From: a virus
Taxonomy: Duplodnaviria; Caudoviricetes
Direction: 5' to 3' (one strand)
Virus record (IMG/VR): IMGVR_UViG_3300037470_000256
Coordinates: 1 to 47,897 of that record
DNA length: 47,897 bases
Shown: positions 22,929 to 31,463 of the stretch, one piece after another
How positions within the stretch are numbered: the first letter of the stretch is position 1
Layout: each line of letters starts with the position of its first letter
Translations under genes and position numbers: made by a program
Notes under the pieces: generated by a model
Told to the model about the DNA's origin: nothing
Databases searched by the model: none
The model's input: only the letters and a program-made list of their open reading frames with translations

Positions 22929-23645
22929 ATGGCGCACTTGGAAGTACGCAACTGGAAAACCTACCAGCATTATGGCTCGGACGTGACCAAGGGGAAGCGT
23001 CGGCTCTCATGGGTCAAGGTCTATCTCGACCTACTGGACGACCAGGAGTTTGGGATGTTGGAAGATGACACAAAGTGGCATGTGATCTCCTGCATCCTGC
23101 TAGCAGGGCGGCTCAACAACCGGCTTCCGGCCGATTTGGCCTTCCTGGAACAGCGGATGAATGTCCGAGGAAAGGTAAAATGGGTAAGTCTCATTGGGGA
23201 CGCCACTTCGGGGTGGCTGGTGCCAGTAGACATTACTGCTAGCGAACTTTTACAAACTCCTGCTAGCACAGAGGAGATAAGAGGAGAGGAGATAAGAGGA
23301 GATATATCGCGGCGTAAACGCCGCGGTTCCGACACGAGCGCAATAACCAACGGGCATCCCACGACGGAAGCGCTGGCGTCTAACTGGTGCGCTCAGATCC
23401 GACAGGCAGCCATCGAGATGGCGATGGGTGATTGGTCGGTGGGGCGGTGGGGGAAGGCTGGGAAGGCCGGTTATGAGCGGGAAGGGACATTGGACCGCAT
23501 TGTGTCGGTGATCCCGCTGTATAACAAGCGGGTCGAGCCTGCTTTCCGGTCACCGGAGCGGTTCTTCCAGCAGTTACCGGATCTTCTGGACTTCAAGTAT
23601 CGGCCCCTCACGCCGGAGGAGATGCGGATGGAGATGCGGTCATGA
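22929..23645 (+). CDS. Phage replication initiator (lambda O-like position)
   Basis: VRNWKTYQHY...WVKVYLDLLDD N-terminus typical of phage replisome organisers; internal repeats; precedes the helicase. Confidence 0.7.
   Translation: MAHLEVRNWKTYQHYGSDVTKGKRRLSWVKVYLDLLDDQEFGMLEDDTKWHVISCILLAGRLNNRLPADLAFLEQRMNVRGKVKWVSLIGDATSGWLVPVDITASELLQTPASTEEIRGEEIRGDISRRKRRGSDTSAITNGHPTTEALASNWCAQIRQAAIEMAMGDWSVGRWGKAGKAGYEREGTLDRIVSVIPLYNKRVEPAFRSPERFFQQLPDLLDFKYRPLTPEEMRMEMRS
23236..23305. repeat. Iteron-like repeats, candidate replication origin
   Basis: CTGCTAGC at 23236 and 23260; tandem AGAGGAGATAAGAGG at 23270 and 23285. Confidence 0.5.
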
Positions 23646-24628
23646 CTCCAGACGAGCAGGTCGCCCGGATTCGGCGAGAGCAGAGCGTCCAGGCCCCGCA
23701 AGCGGATGCCTTACTGCGGTTGGTGGGCGATGAGGCTAACCCTGCCGTGGATCAAGCGGCCGAAGCGATTACCCGGACCCAGCAGAGTTTTCACCTGGCC
23801 CCTCAGATGCCGTGGCGGGTCTTGCATGATCTGGTCGGGCCGGTGCTCCCAGATGCGCTCTGGATCATTGGGGCACAGACCGGGCATGGGAAAACCACGT
23901 TGATGCTCAACTGGCTGCAAACACTGGCCCGATCGGCGGGACAGAAAACCTACGTGCTCCCCCTTGAGCAACGCCCGGCCATGATGCGGTTGGTGTGGGC
24001 GTCGCTGTCACTGGGCTATCCCACAGCCCTAGTGCTGGAGAATCGTTGGCGGGAGCTCCCCGACGACGCGGAAAAGCAGGTACAGGCGCATGTAGCCGAA
24101 CAAGTGGAGTGGTGTGGCGAGAGCGTGGTGTTCAGTGACGTGGAATATCTGAGCGAAGCCAACCTTGAGGAGACGTTTCAGGACGCGCATGCGCAGGGCT
24201 GTACGCTGATTCTCGTGGATCATCTGCACCGGATGGCCGAATCGTCGTACCGAGCGATGGCGATGGTAGCTAAAGCATTGACGCGAAACATCCGAAAATA
24301 CGGTATCCCCGTCGCGTGTACGGCGCAGTTCAACCAGGGGGGACCGGAGCGGAACCCGTTGCAGGGGTATCGGGAGCCGCAATTGAGCGACATCTACATG
24401 GGTCAGGTGATTGCACATGAAGCGCACGTGATTCTTGGACTCTATCGGCCCCTCCAGGGGATGAGTAAAGAGGAGACGCAGGCGGTGAAGAATCGGGAAA
24501 CGAAAGCGTGGAAGTTCGCTATACCCAATACAGTGGGCGTGCATTGCATGAAGCATCGGGTACGCGGGATGTTGGCCGAAGGGCGGAGTATCGAGCTGCA
24601 ATATGATCGGGGGCGAATCACGGTATGA
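23642..24628 (+). CDS. dnaB: DnaB-like replicative helicase
   Basis: Walker A GAQTGHGKTT, LEQ, ILVDHLH, AQFNQ, PQLSDI and KHR motifs. Confidence 0.85.
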   Translation: MTPDEQVARIRREQSVQAPQADALLRLVGDEANPAVDQAAEAITRTQQSFHLAPQMPWRVLHDLVGPVLPDALWIIGAQTGHGKTTLMLNWLQTLARSAGQKTYVLPLEQRPAMMRLVWASLSLGYPTALVLENRWRELPDDAEKQVQAHVAEQVEWCGESVVFSDVEYLSEANLEETFQDAHAQGCTLILVDHLHRMAESSYRAMAMVAKALTRNIRKYGIPVACTAQFNQGGPERNPLQGYREPQLSDIYMGQVIAHEAHVILGLYRPLQGMSKEETQAVKNRETKAWKFAIPNTVGVHCMKHRVRGMLAEGRSIELQYDRGRITV

Positions 24629-24882
24629 TCGAGCGTCCGCTGTGTCCCTGTGGGAAGCCGATTCCCCATGACTACTACGAGTCGCCCAAGCGGCAAGCGG
24701 AACGGCTCTTTTGTTCGCGGCAATGTGCGGGAATCTACAAAGGGGTAACGCGACGGCCGACCGAAGTGGTGCGAATGGAGAACCCGCCCAAGTATTTTCG
24801 GTGTGGTGGGTGTGGGCAGCGGCATGAGGGGCAGCACCGATGTGTGATTTGTATTCCCGCGCTTCCCTGGGAGGTGAGATGA
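24625..24882 (+). CDS. Zn-finger hypothetical protein
   Basis: CPCG, FCSRQC, CGGCG, CVIC. Confidence 0.6.
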   Translation: MIERPLCPCGKPIPHDYYESPKRQAERLFCSRQCAGIYKGVTRRPTEVVRMENPPKYFRCGGCGQRHEGQHRCVICIPALPWEVR

Positions 24883-25160
24883 ACCAACGTAACGTAGACG
24901 CTATAGCCCTACTACTCGAAGAAATGGAGGGCGGGGTTGGCTATCCGTGCGCTCGTTGTCAGGCCAACGCGGAGTTTCTCGCTTCCCGTGGTGTCTTAGG
25001 GCCAGCCTCCACAGTGCTGACGGACGAGGATGCGCACGACATCAGACCAGGGGTATACGAGCGTATCGGCGACGACTTCCCTGAGGGTTACGACTACCAC
25101 GATCACGCCATGACCAAAGTCAAGCTAAAACTGGAGCGTATCGCCAAGGGGGAGGTATGA
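24879..25160 (+). CDS. Hypothetical protein, paralog of 6049..6372
   Basis: MNQRNVDA...AEFLASRGVLGPASTVLTDED...LERIAKG; GGAGGTGA RBS. Confidence 0.7.
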   Translation: MNQRNVDAIALLLEEMEGGVGYPCARCQANAEFLASRGVLGPASTVLTDEDAHDIRPGVYERIGDDFPEGYDYHDHAMTKVKLKLERIAKGEV

Positions 25161-25270
25161 CCGAGCACACGCCAATTTACGCGCTCATGCTCCTGATGGC
25201 GCTCTCGAATCTCCTCGCCGTCTATCTCATCTTGCGTCTGATTGCGAAACTTAAGCGAGGTGAGTTGTGA
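25157..25270 (+). CDS. 37-aa single-TM peptide
   Basis: MTEHTPIYALMLLMALSNLLAVYLILRLIAKLKRGEL; GGAGG RBS. Confidence 0.55.
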   Translation: MTEHTPIYALMLLMALSNLLAVYLILRLIAKLKRGEL

Positions 25271-25365
25271 CGATCTGGCGGGCCTACGGCTCCATCCTCC
25301 TCGGCACTATCGTCGCCTTGTTGTTGATCGGGTTGTTGATGTGGTCCTGTAACCGGAACGCATGA
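25267..25365 (+). CDS. 32-aa single-TM peptide
   Basis: VTIWRAYGSILLGTIVALLLIGLLMWSCNRNA; GAGGTGA RBS. Confidence 0.5.
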   Translation: MTIWRAYGSILLGTIVALLLIGLLMWSCNRNA

Positions 25366-25372
25366 GGCACCA

Positions 25373-25987
25373 ATGATCCTCAACTTCAAGGTCAATGCCG
25401 AGTCAGCTATCGCGCACCTCAAGGCGGTGCAAAAGCAGATCCCATTCATTCGATCACGCTCAGTCGATCTGACCATCAAAGATGTTCAAAAAGCCGAGCA
25501 AACGCATATCCGGGCCTCATTTATCCTACGTCGTGCGGCCTTTATCTTGCGGACAGTAAAGATCCTCAAGTTTGCCACCAAGGCTGATCCTACTTCTACG
25601 GTGGCGATTGACCCGGCAAGGCCAATCCTTGCGAAGTTTGAGAGCCAGACAATAAAGACGCCTCAGCGGGGGCATCGTCTGGCAGTGCCCCTCGAAGCGA
25701 GGAAAACCAAGGGGTCCATTGTGCCCCCCTCACTCAGACCTGGAGGGCTCGGTATCAAGGGATTCAAGATTAAAACAAAGACAGGTAAGGAGTTGCTGGT
25801 GAAGGAGAAAGGCGTTCGGGCGCAGAAGAAAACAGGCAAACGTCTTGACGTGCTCTACGTGCTTAAAGCAAGCGTGCCCATTAGGCCCGTTCTCACCTTC
25901 ATGCAGATCGGAGAAAGAACAGCCCGCAGGCAATTTCCCATTCGAGCGAACGAGGCCATGATCCACGCTTTCAGAACGGCACGCTAA
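25373..25987 (+). CDS. Basic protein resembling tail-completion/neck (gpZ-like) proteins
   Basis: KQIPF...LT.KDVQ...; Lys/Arg-rich; ends AFRTAR; this type is often found just upstream of terminase. Confidence 0.5.
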   Translation: MILNFKVNAESAIAHLKAVQKQIPFIRSRSVDLTIKDVQKAEQTHIRASFILRRAAFILRTVKILKFATKADPTSTVAIDPARPILAKFESQTIKTPQRGHRLAVPLEARKTKGSIVPPSLRPGGLGIKGFKIKTKTGKELLVKEKGVRAQKKTGKRLDVLYVLKASVPIRPVLTFMQIGERTARRQFPIRANEAMIHAFRTAR

Positions 25988-26577
25988 TGCCATACAAAGA
26001 TCCCGAAATGCGCAGGGAGTGCGCCAGAAAATGGGCACGAAAGAGCAGGGCTGACAATCCCGAACGAGAAAGGGCTGCGAAACTAAAATACCGGGAGGCA
26101 AATAGAGAAAAGGAAAGGGATTACGCAACTGCACGCTACGCAGCCGACCCCGTAAAGGCTCGGGCCATAGCAGCGGCCTACCGTGCAAGGCATCCCGATA
26201 AAGTAAAAGCAGCAACAGAGACATACCGTAGGGCGAATCAGAAGAAGGTGAGACAGGGGTATAGGGAATACAATACAACTAAGAGAAGGGCGCTATCTCC
26301 CGACAAAGCAAAGGAGTATCATCGCAACAAAACTGCGCGCCGTAAGGGAGCCGAGGGCAAGGTTAGCGCGGCCGATGAGAGGGCGCAGTATACCCGACAG
26401 AAGGGACTCTGCTTCTGGTGTGGGAAGGTTGTAGGGAAAACGTACCACGTAGATCATGTCATACCTCTAATCAAAGGTGGAACCAACCATCCAACCAATA
26501 TCGTCATAGCATGTCCCACCTGTAACTGTAGTAAGGGGCCAAAGATGCCCGAGGTATTCGCAGGAAGGCTACTGTGA
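25987..26577 (+). CDS. HNH endonuclease (terminase-adjacent)
   Basis: CFWCG...HVDHVIPLIKGGTNHPTNIVIACPTCNCSKG after a long basic helix. Confidence 0.9.
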   Translation: MPYKDPEMRRECARKWARKSRADNPERERAAKLKYREANREKERDYATARYAADPVKARAIAAAYRARHPDKVKAATETYRRANQKKVRQGYREYNTTKRRALSPDKAKEYHRNKTARRKGAEGKVSAADERAQYTRQKGLCFWCGKVVGKTYHVDHVIPLIKGGTNHPTNIVIACPTCNCSKGPKMPEVFAGRLL

Positions 26578-26587
26578 TAACCTTTTC

Positions 26588-26630
26588 GGGTCCTTCTGAC
26601 ACACTTTTTTTGCCGGAGCCGCAGTGCCCC
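26588..26630 (+). other. Candidate cos site (cosQ-like plus cosN-like)
   Basis: GGGTCCT, identical to lambda cosQ, at 26588-94, then the imperfect dyad CGGAGC-CGCAGT-GCCCCG, upstream of terS. Confidence 0.55.
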
Positions 26631-26676
26631 GATCGACAAGCACACACCGACTTGTGTAACGTGGGTTCCGTTTCGC

Positions 26677-27141
26677 ATGATTGAGAAACGGTTGAGCCAG
26701 ATTGAGTTAGCGGATTTGCTGGGATTATCGACCCGGCAGGTATCGAACCTGGTGGCGCTGGGGATGCCTCAACATGGGGACCGGGGGAAGCGGTGGTACG
26801 TCTGGCGGGGGTGTCATCAGTGGTATGTCTCGTTCAAGGTGGAGGAGGGGAAGCGGGAAGTAAAACCGTCCACGATCAACGAGGCGAAGTTACGGCGGGA
26901 GACGGCGGAAGCGGAGTTGAAGGAGTTGGAATTGGCGGAGCGGCGAGGGGACTTGATGACGGTGGAGGCGGGGGAGCGAGTGATTGCCCAAGCCTTTGCC
27001 CGGGCGTCCTCGAAGCTGGCGAACCTGGAGACGGCGATTGCGATGCGGGTAACGGGGTTGACGGTCGGGGAGCGGCAGAACCAGGCCCGGGGGTTGGTGG
27101 ATGAAGTCCGGGCCGAACTGGCAGCGGACGAAGCCGCATGA
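26677..27141 (+). CDS. terS: Terminase small subunit (Nu1-like)
   Basis: LSQIELADLLGLSTRQVSNLVALGMP wHTH, then AEAELKELELAERRGDL coiled coil. Confidence 0.88.
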   Translation: MIEKRLSQIELADLLGLSTRQVSNLVALGMPQHGDRGKRWYVWRGCHQWYVSFKVEEGKREVKPSTINEAKLRRETAEAELKELELAERRGDLMTVEAGERVIAQAFARASSKLANLETAIAMRVTGLTVGERQNQARGLVDEVRAELAADEAA

Positions 27142-29153
27142 CGATTGCCACGGATGCCCTGACCGGACACCTCGCTTTGGAGACCCGGGCGCGGGTGCAG
27201 CGGCGGGCCAATTTCGCCGCGGTGCTCCGGCCCAAACTGAGCGTGTGGGCGGATACCTACCGGAAACTTCCCAGCGAGTCGAGTGCCGTTTCGGGACAGT
27301 GGGTGTCGTTCCCCTTCCAGCAGGAGATCATGGACGTGTTGGGGAGTGGGCAGTTTCGGCGGGTAATCGCCATGCTCCCCAGCCAGGTATGCGGAAAAAC
27401 CGAGATCGCCTTAAACCTGATCCTGTCGCACATCCACCTGTCACCCTGCCCGATGTTGTTTGTCACCTACTCGCTAGACATGGCGCGGCGGTTGAGCAAG
27501 AAACGGATCGCGCCGGCGTTTCGGGAGATGGGGGTGTTGAAAGGGAAACTACTGGAACATGGAGCCCGGAAAGAGGCTGACGATACGATCCTCTACAAGC
27601 AGGGGCCGGGGTGGTCGCTGGGGATGGTGGGGGCAAATAGCCCGGGCGGGCTGGCCATGGACGCGATACGGATTCTGGCGATTGACGAAGTAGACCGCTT
27701 CCCCCCATCGGCCGGCGAGGAAGGGGATGTCATTTCGATTGCGGAGAAACGGACGACCAGTTACAGCACCAACCGGATTGTCTACCTCTCCTCGACTCCA
27801 GGGCTGGAAGAGACGAGCCGGATTGACCGGGAGTATAAGAAATCCGACCAGCGGACGTGGCGGGTCCCCTGCCCGCACTGCAATTTCACCCAATCCCTGG
27901 AGTGGGGCGGGCCAGACGAGAAGTATGGGCTGAAATGGGAGAAAGACAGCGACGGGAAGCCGGTCAAGGAATCAGTGATGTACCTCTGTGCCGGGTGTGG
28001 GGTGTTGATCGAGGAGAAGTGGAAGCACCAAATGAACGACGCGGGTGTGACGAAGCCGGTCGAAGGGTGCGGGTGGGTAGCGTCCCACGGCGGGCGGGAT
28101 ATTGCCGGGTTCCAGTGTACCGCGCTGGTGTCCCCGATCCTGACGTGGGGTGAGATGGCGGTGGAGTGGTACGACGCCAAAGACAACCCGGAAGAAACCA
28201 AAACCTTCGTCAATACCCGGCTCTGCCGGACGTACTCTTCCCCGGGAGCGCGGGCAGACACGGAAGGGCTCAAGGCGCGGCGGGCGACCTTTCCGGAAGA
28301 TGGCGCGGGGTATCCCATTGTCCCACTCGATGCGGGACTGTTGACTGCGTTTGTGGACGTGCAGCTCGGCGGAGAGCGTGGACCAGCTCGATTGGAGATC
28401 GCCGTCTCGGCGTGGGGGCCGGGGAAGCAGGAATGGAAGCTCGGGGTATTCCGCTTTCTCCGGAACTCCAAGAACCCCAAAGAGGCGTGGGAGAGTATCG
28501 AGATGATTCGCACCAGGGCGTGGCGGCACGAGTCGGGGGCCACCATGCACATCCGTATGACGGCGGTAGACTCGGGCAACGAGACAGCAGAGGTGTGTGA
28601 GTACGTCCGACCTCTCGAACGCTCCGGGGTCATGGCGACGAAAGGCTCCTCGGACAGCACCGCACAGCCCCTGACGAAGGGTCAGAAGCGGTCCACGAAG
28701 TACAAAGTGCTCGTGTGGAGCGTCGGGACGGTGGCGATCAAGGATGAAATCTTCAACTCCTTTCAGCGGGTGACGACGGCGGGGCCGGGGTATATCCAGT
28801 TTTCGCACCAGATAGACGACGCTTTTATTGAGCAATTGGGCAACGAACGGGCCTCATACAAGCGAATTGGGGGCCAAACCTTCCGATTTTACGAGCAAAT
28901 CGGGGATAAATTGACCGAAGGCATTGACCACTCGGTTGGTGTGCGGGCGGCGTTGTACGCGCTGGGGCCGACGACCATCAAACAACTTGCGCAGATCGCG
29001 AGGGGGGTGCAGGAGCGGGGCGCGGTGGAGAAAGCGAAAGCGAGTGTCCCCGAACCGGTATTATCGGCCCCGGAGGAGCGGGAGCCCGAGGTGACCCCCC
29101 GGGTACAACGGCAACCACGACGAGGAGGGTTTGTGAATAGGTGGAAACAATGA
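27138..29153 (+). CDS. terL: Terminase large subunit (lambda GpA family)
   Basis: SVWAD, SQVCGKTE Walker A, IDEVDRF, EGD, STP, SDQR..VPCPHC, FVNT, VDVQ and VDSG. Confidence 0.95.
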   Translation: MTIATDALTGHLALETRARVQRRANFAAVLRPKLSVWADTYRKLPSESSAVSGQWVSFPFQQEIMDVLGSGQFRRVIAMLPSQVCGKTEIALNLILSHIHLSPCPMLFVTYSLDMARRLSKKRIAPAFREMGVLKGKLLEHGARKEADDTILYKQGPGWSLGMVGANSPGGLAMDAIRILAIDEVDRFPPSAGEEGDVISIAEKRTTSYSTNRIVYLSSTPGLEETSRIDREYKKSDQRTWRVPCPHCNFTQSLEWGGPDEKYGLKWEKDSDGKPVKESVMYLCAGCGVLIEEKWKHQMNDAGVTKPVEGCGWVASHGGRDIAGFQCTALVSPILTWGEMAVEWYDAKDNPEETKTFVNTRLCRTYSSPGARADTEGLKARRATFPEDGAGYPIVPLDAGLLTAFVDVQLGGERGPARLEIAVSAWGPGKQEWKLGVFRFLRNSKNPKEAWESIEMIRTRAWRHESGATMHIRMTAVDSGNETAEVCEYVRPLERSGVMATKGSSDSTAQPLTKGQKRSTKYKVLVWSVGTVAIKDEIFNSFQRVTTAGPGYIQFSHQIDDAFIEQLGNERASYKRIGGQTFRFYEQIGDKLTEGIDHSVGVRAALYALGPTTIKQLAQIARGVQERGAVEKAKASVPEPVLSAPEEREPEVTPRVQRQPRRGGFVNRWKQ

Positions 29154-29506
29154 GCCGCGTGACGAACGTCCTAGTTGTCTGCTCGGTACTTGAAAGCGAG
29201 GACGACACAGACACCGTTGGGGCGATTCAGCGGATCAATGCGAATACAGACTTCTCCGGCCACCTGACGCCGCTCCATGATTTCGTAAAGGGACCGAAGT
29301 CGATGGAGGTGTATGTGTTCGGCGCGGCGTACAATCACCTTTTCTTGGGCGATCTTTTCAACGAGATACTAGCCGCTCCGTGGCTTGAGCCCGACTACGT
29401 GTTGGTTGTAGTGGCGGAGCAGGAAGATGATCGTGCCATCCCGTGGACACTGGCGGAAATCAAAAAGCGCCTGGTCTCTTCTTCTGAGGAGAAAGGAAAC
29501 CTATGA
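29150..29506 (+). CDS. Hypothetical protein
   Basis: 118 aa; ATGA-coupled to terL. Confidence 0.65.
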   Translation: MSRVTNVLVVCSVLESEDDTDTVGAIQRINANTDFSGHLTPLHDFVKGPKSMEVYVFGAAYNHLFLGDLFNEILAAPWLEPDYVLVVVAEQEDDRAIPWTLAEIKKRLVSSSEEKGNL

Positions 29507-29769
29507 GCGAACAATTCACACCCCCGGACAAGCCGGGCCAACTCTGGCTGAACGTCGCGGGCGTCTGTCCCTTCCTCGCACTGGGTTTTGCCGGGTACGG
29601 GTTCCTGATCGTGTTCGAGATCAAAGAAATTGTCGGCGGGGATGCCTTCAACTACGAGATCGCGGCCTTGCGAGGACTGGCCTGGATTGCGGGCGGGATC
29701 GTCTGGGCCGGTGTCGGGGCGGTGCTGGCGTTGTTCGGGGTGGCGGCGCGGATGGGAGGAAAAGAATGA
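29503..29769 (+). CDS. Two-TM membrane protein
   Basis: 88 aa with two hydrophobic helices. Confidence 0.6.
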   Translation: MSEQFTPPDKPGQLWLNVAGVCPFLALGFAGYGFLIVFEIKEIVGGDAFNYEIAALRGLAWIAGGIVWAGVGAVLALFGVAARMGGKE

Positions 29770-29945
29770 ACTACGAGGAGGTGCGAGAGTTGTTTCGGCG
29801 TGAGGATCGCCAAATAGCGCGGGTGGCGCGCATGTGCTCAAAACGCATCGTTCAAGCCATTTTCCCACTGGTAATGCGTGAGGTTCCTAAGCGCGGTCCC
29901 CATCCCTTCTACCGGAAGCGTCACAAGAGGATGGCCGGGAAATGA
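29766..29945 (+). CDS. Small basic hypothetical protein
   Basis: 59 aa; GGAGG RBS; ATGA overlaps. Confidence 0.5.
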   Translation: MNYEEVRELFRREDRQIARVARMCSKRIVQAIFPLVMREVPKRGPHPFYRKRHKRMAGK

Positions 29946-30244
29946 CCGAACAGGAAATCCGCGAGAAATTGCGCGCAGAGATTAAAAAAATTGATGATCT
30001 TTTCCGGCCCCTCTTCGCCGCGCTGGGTGCGAATATGGAGGAGTACGAGGCAGATTGTCTTATTCGGGAGAGCGGAGGCACACCCCCCGCTCGCCTGCGG
30101 GTGGAGCGCCCATCTACAGACAACCTGACCTGCTTCATTTGTGGGGAGCCGTTGGAATTGGCGGAAGCGTACACGGTAGCCTCTGAGGAGCCATTGCGGT
30201 CCTACTGTAAACCCTGCGGAATGCAGAAGGCATTGGAGCGGTGA
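29942..30244 (+). CDS. Hypothetical protein with CxxC...CxxC
   Basis: CFICG...YCKPC. Confidence 0.55.
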   Translation: MTEQEIREKLRAEIKKIDDLFRPLFAALGANMEEYEADCLIRESGGTPPARLRVERPSTDNLTCFICGEPLELAEAYTVASEEPLRSYCKPCGMQKALER

Positions 30245-30480
30245 TCGAGCGTCGCGTCTCACTCACCCCCCGCCAAGCGGAGATTGTAGTCGGCCTCTGT
30301 GACGACCTACCGGCCAAGCAGATTGCTTCAACCCATCACCTGACCGTCGCCACCGTCCGCTGGCATATCCGAGTCATTGCCTCCCACCTCCCCCCCGAGT
30401 ACCAGCGCTGGCCTGCCACAAAAGCCATTCGCCAGTGGGCCACCCGCACCGGATGGGCTACCGCTTGGATGGCTAAGTAG
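30241..30480 (+). CDS. LuxR/GerE-type stand-alone HTH regulator
   Basis: LTPRQAEIV.......KQIA....LTVATVRWHIRVI. Confidence 0.75.
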   Translation: MIERRVSLTPRQAEIVVGLCDDLPAKQIASTHHLTVATVRWHIRVIASHLPPEYQRWPATKAIRQWATRTGWATAWMAK

Positions 30481-30573
30481 GCCACACCTATCACTTTTGG
30501 GGGCTTTCGCGATATCCCGCAATATGTGACGTTATGACACAGAGTCTAAACGACACATACGCAGGGGTACCCA

Positions 30574-31182
30574 CTGGCGCGAGAAATCCTCACCGGGGAA
30601 CCAACATCGCTCGTCGCGGGCGATACCGCCGTTTTCACTCCTTCCAACTTCACCACCAACGACGGCCGCTCCCTCTCCAATTTCCTTCGGGCTGACTTTG
30701 ACTCACTGAGTTACGTCTTCGCCGGGGAAGATGTCGTGAAGTCCGAGTCCAGTTGGTTCTCTCACGACGGCACGACCTACACCACCTCCACCGTCACGAT
30801 TCCCGCCTCAGCTTTCTCCGCCAAGAAATCCGGCACCTACCGGCTCCACGCTTACGTCGCGGCGTCCACCGGCACCTACAGCGGGGAGCGGTATTCGGCC
30901 GATCTGGGGACGGTACAGATCCTCCCGAACCCCGCCACGGTGCAAGCAGGCACCTCGGCGCTGACGTTCGAGGAGCAGGCGTTGCGGGACATTGAGGCGA
31001 CGATTCTGGCGATGGAGGGCAATGACATCACCAGTTACTCCGTGGCGGGCCGATCGGTCACCCGAGAGGAGCGGTCTCGGCTTTTTGCCCGACGCCAGAT
31101 CCTGAAAGCCGCCGTTTGGCGGCAACAGCACCCGGGGAAGTTGGGACCCAGCGTTGAAACCCACTTCCGGCAAGCGCAATGA
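30574..31182 (+). CDS. Head completion/adaptor protein (gpW-like C-terminus), probable CTG start
   Basis: Frame open from CTG 30574 (AGGGG RBS) through EPTSLVAGDT; C-terminus SYSVAGRSVTR is gpW-like; precedes the portal. Confidence 0.7.
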   Translation: MAREILTGEPTSLVAGDTAVFTPSNFTTNDGRSLSNFLRADFDSLSYVFAGEDVVKSESSWFSHDGTTYTTSTVTIPASAFSAKKSGTYRLHAYVAASTGTYSGERYSADLGTVQILPNPATVQAGTSALTFEEQALRDIEATILAMEGNDITSYSVAGRSVTREERSRLFARRQILKAAVWRQQHPGKLGPSVETHFRQAQ

Positions 31183-31463
31183 TAGGTGTAACCGCGCTTC
31201 TCCGGTCTCGGCTCCTCCTGCCGCCCTGGCGTCTCCTCGTTGCTCTGGGGGCGTTCCTGCGCTCCCAAGTAGCGGAGATCCTCCTCGTCACCGCGTGGCT
31301 TTCGGGGTGGGCGCTCTTCACTTACGGCATTGCCCTCTACACCTCCTCGAAAGTCTATCCGATCAGCGCGGGGCTGTTCCTGCTCTCATTGGTGGGCTGG
31401 AAGATGCTCTGGGCGATCGTTTCCCACGGACTCTACGCCTTGTCGAAGGGGGATAAGAAGTGA
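31179..31463 (+). CDS. Small membrane protein
   Basis: 94 aa, hydrophobic; between the gpW-like and portal genes. Confidence 0.55.
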   Translation: MIGVTALLRSRLLLPPWRLLVALGAFLRSQVAEILLVTAWLSGWALFTYGIALYTSSKVYPISAGLFLLSLVGWKMLWAIVSHGLYALSKGDKK

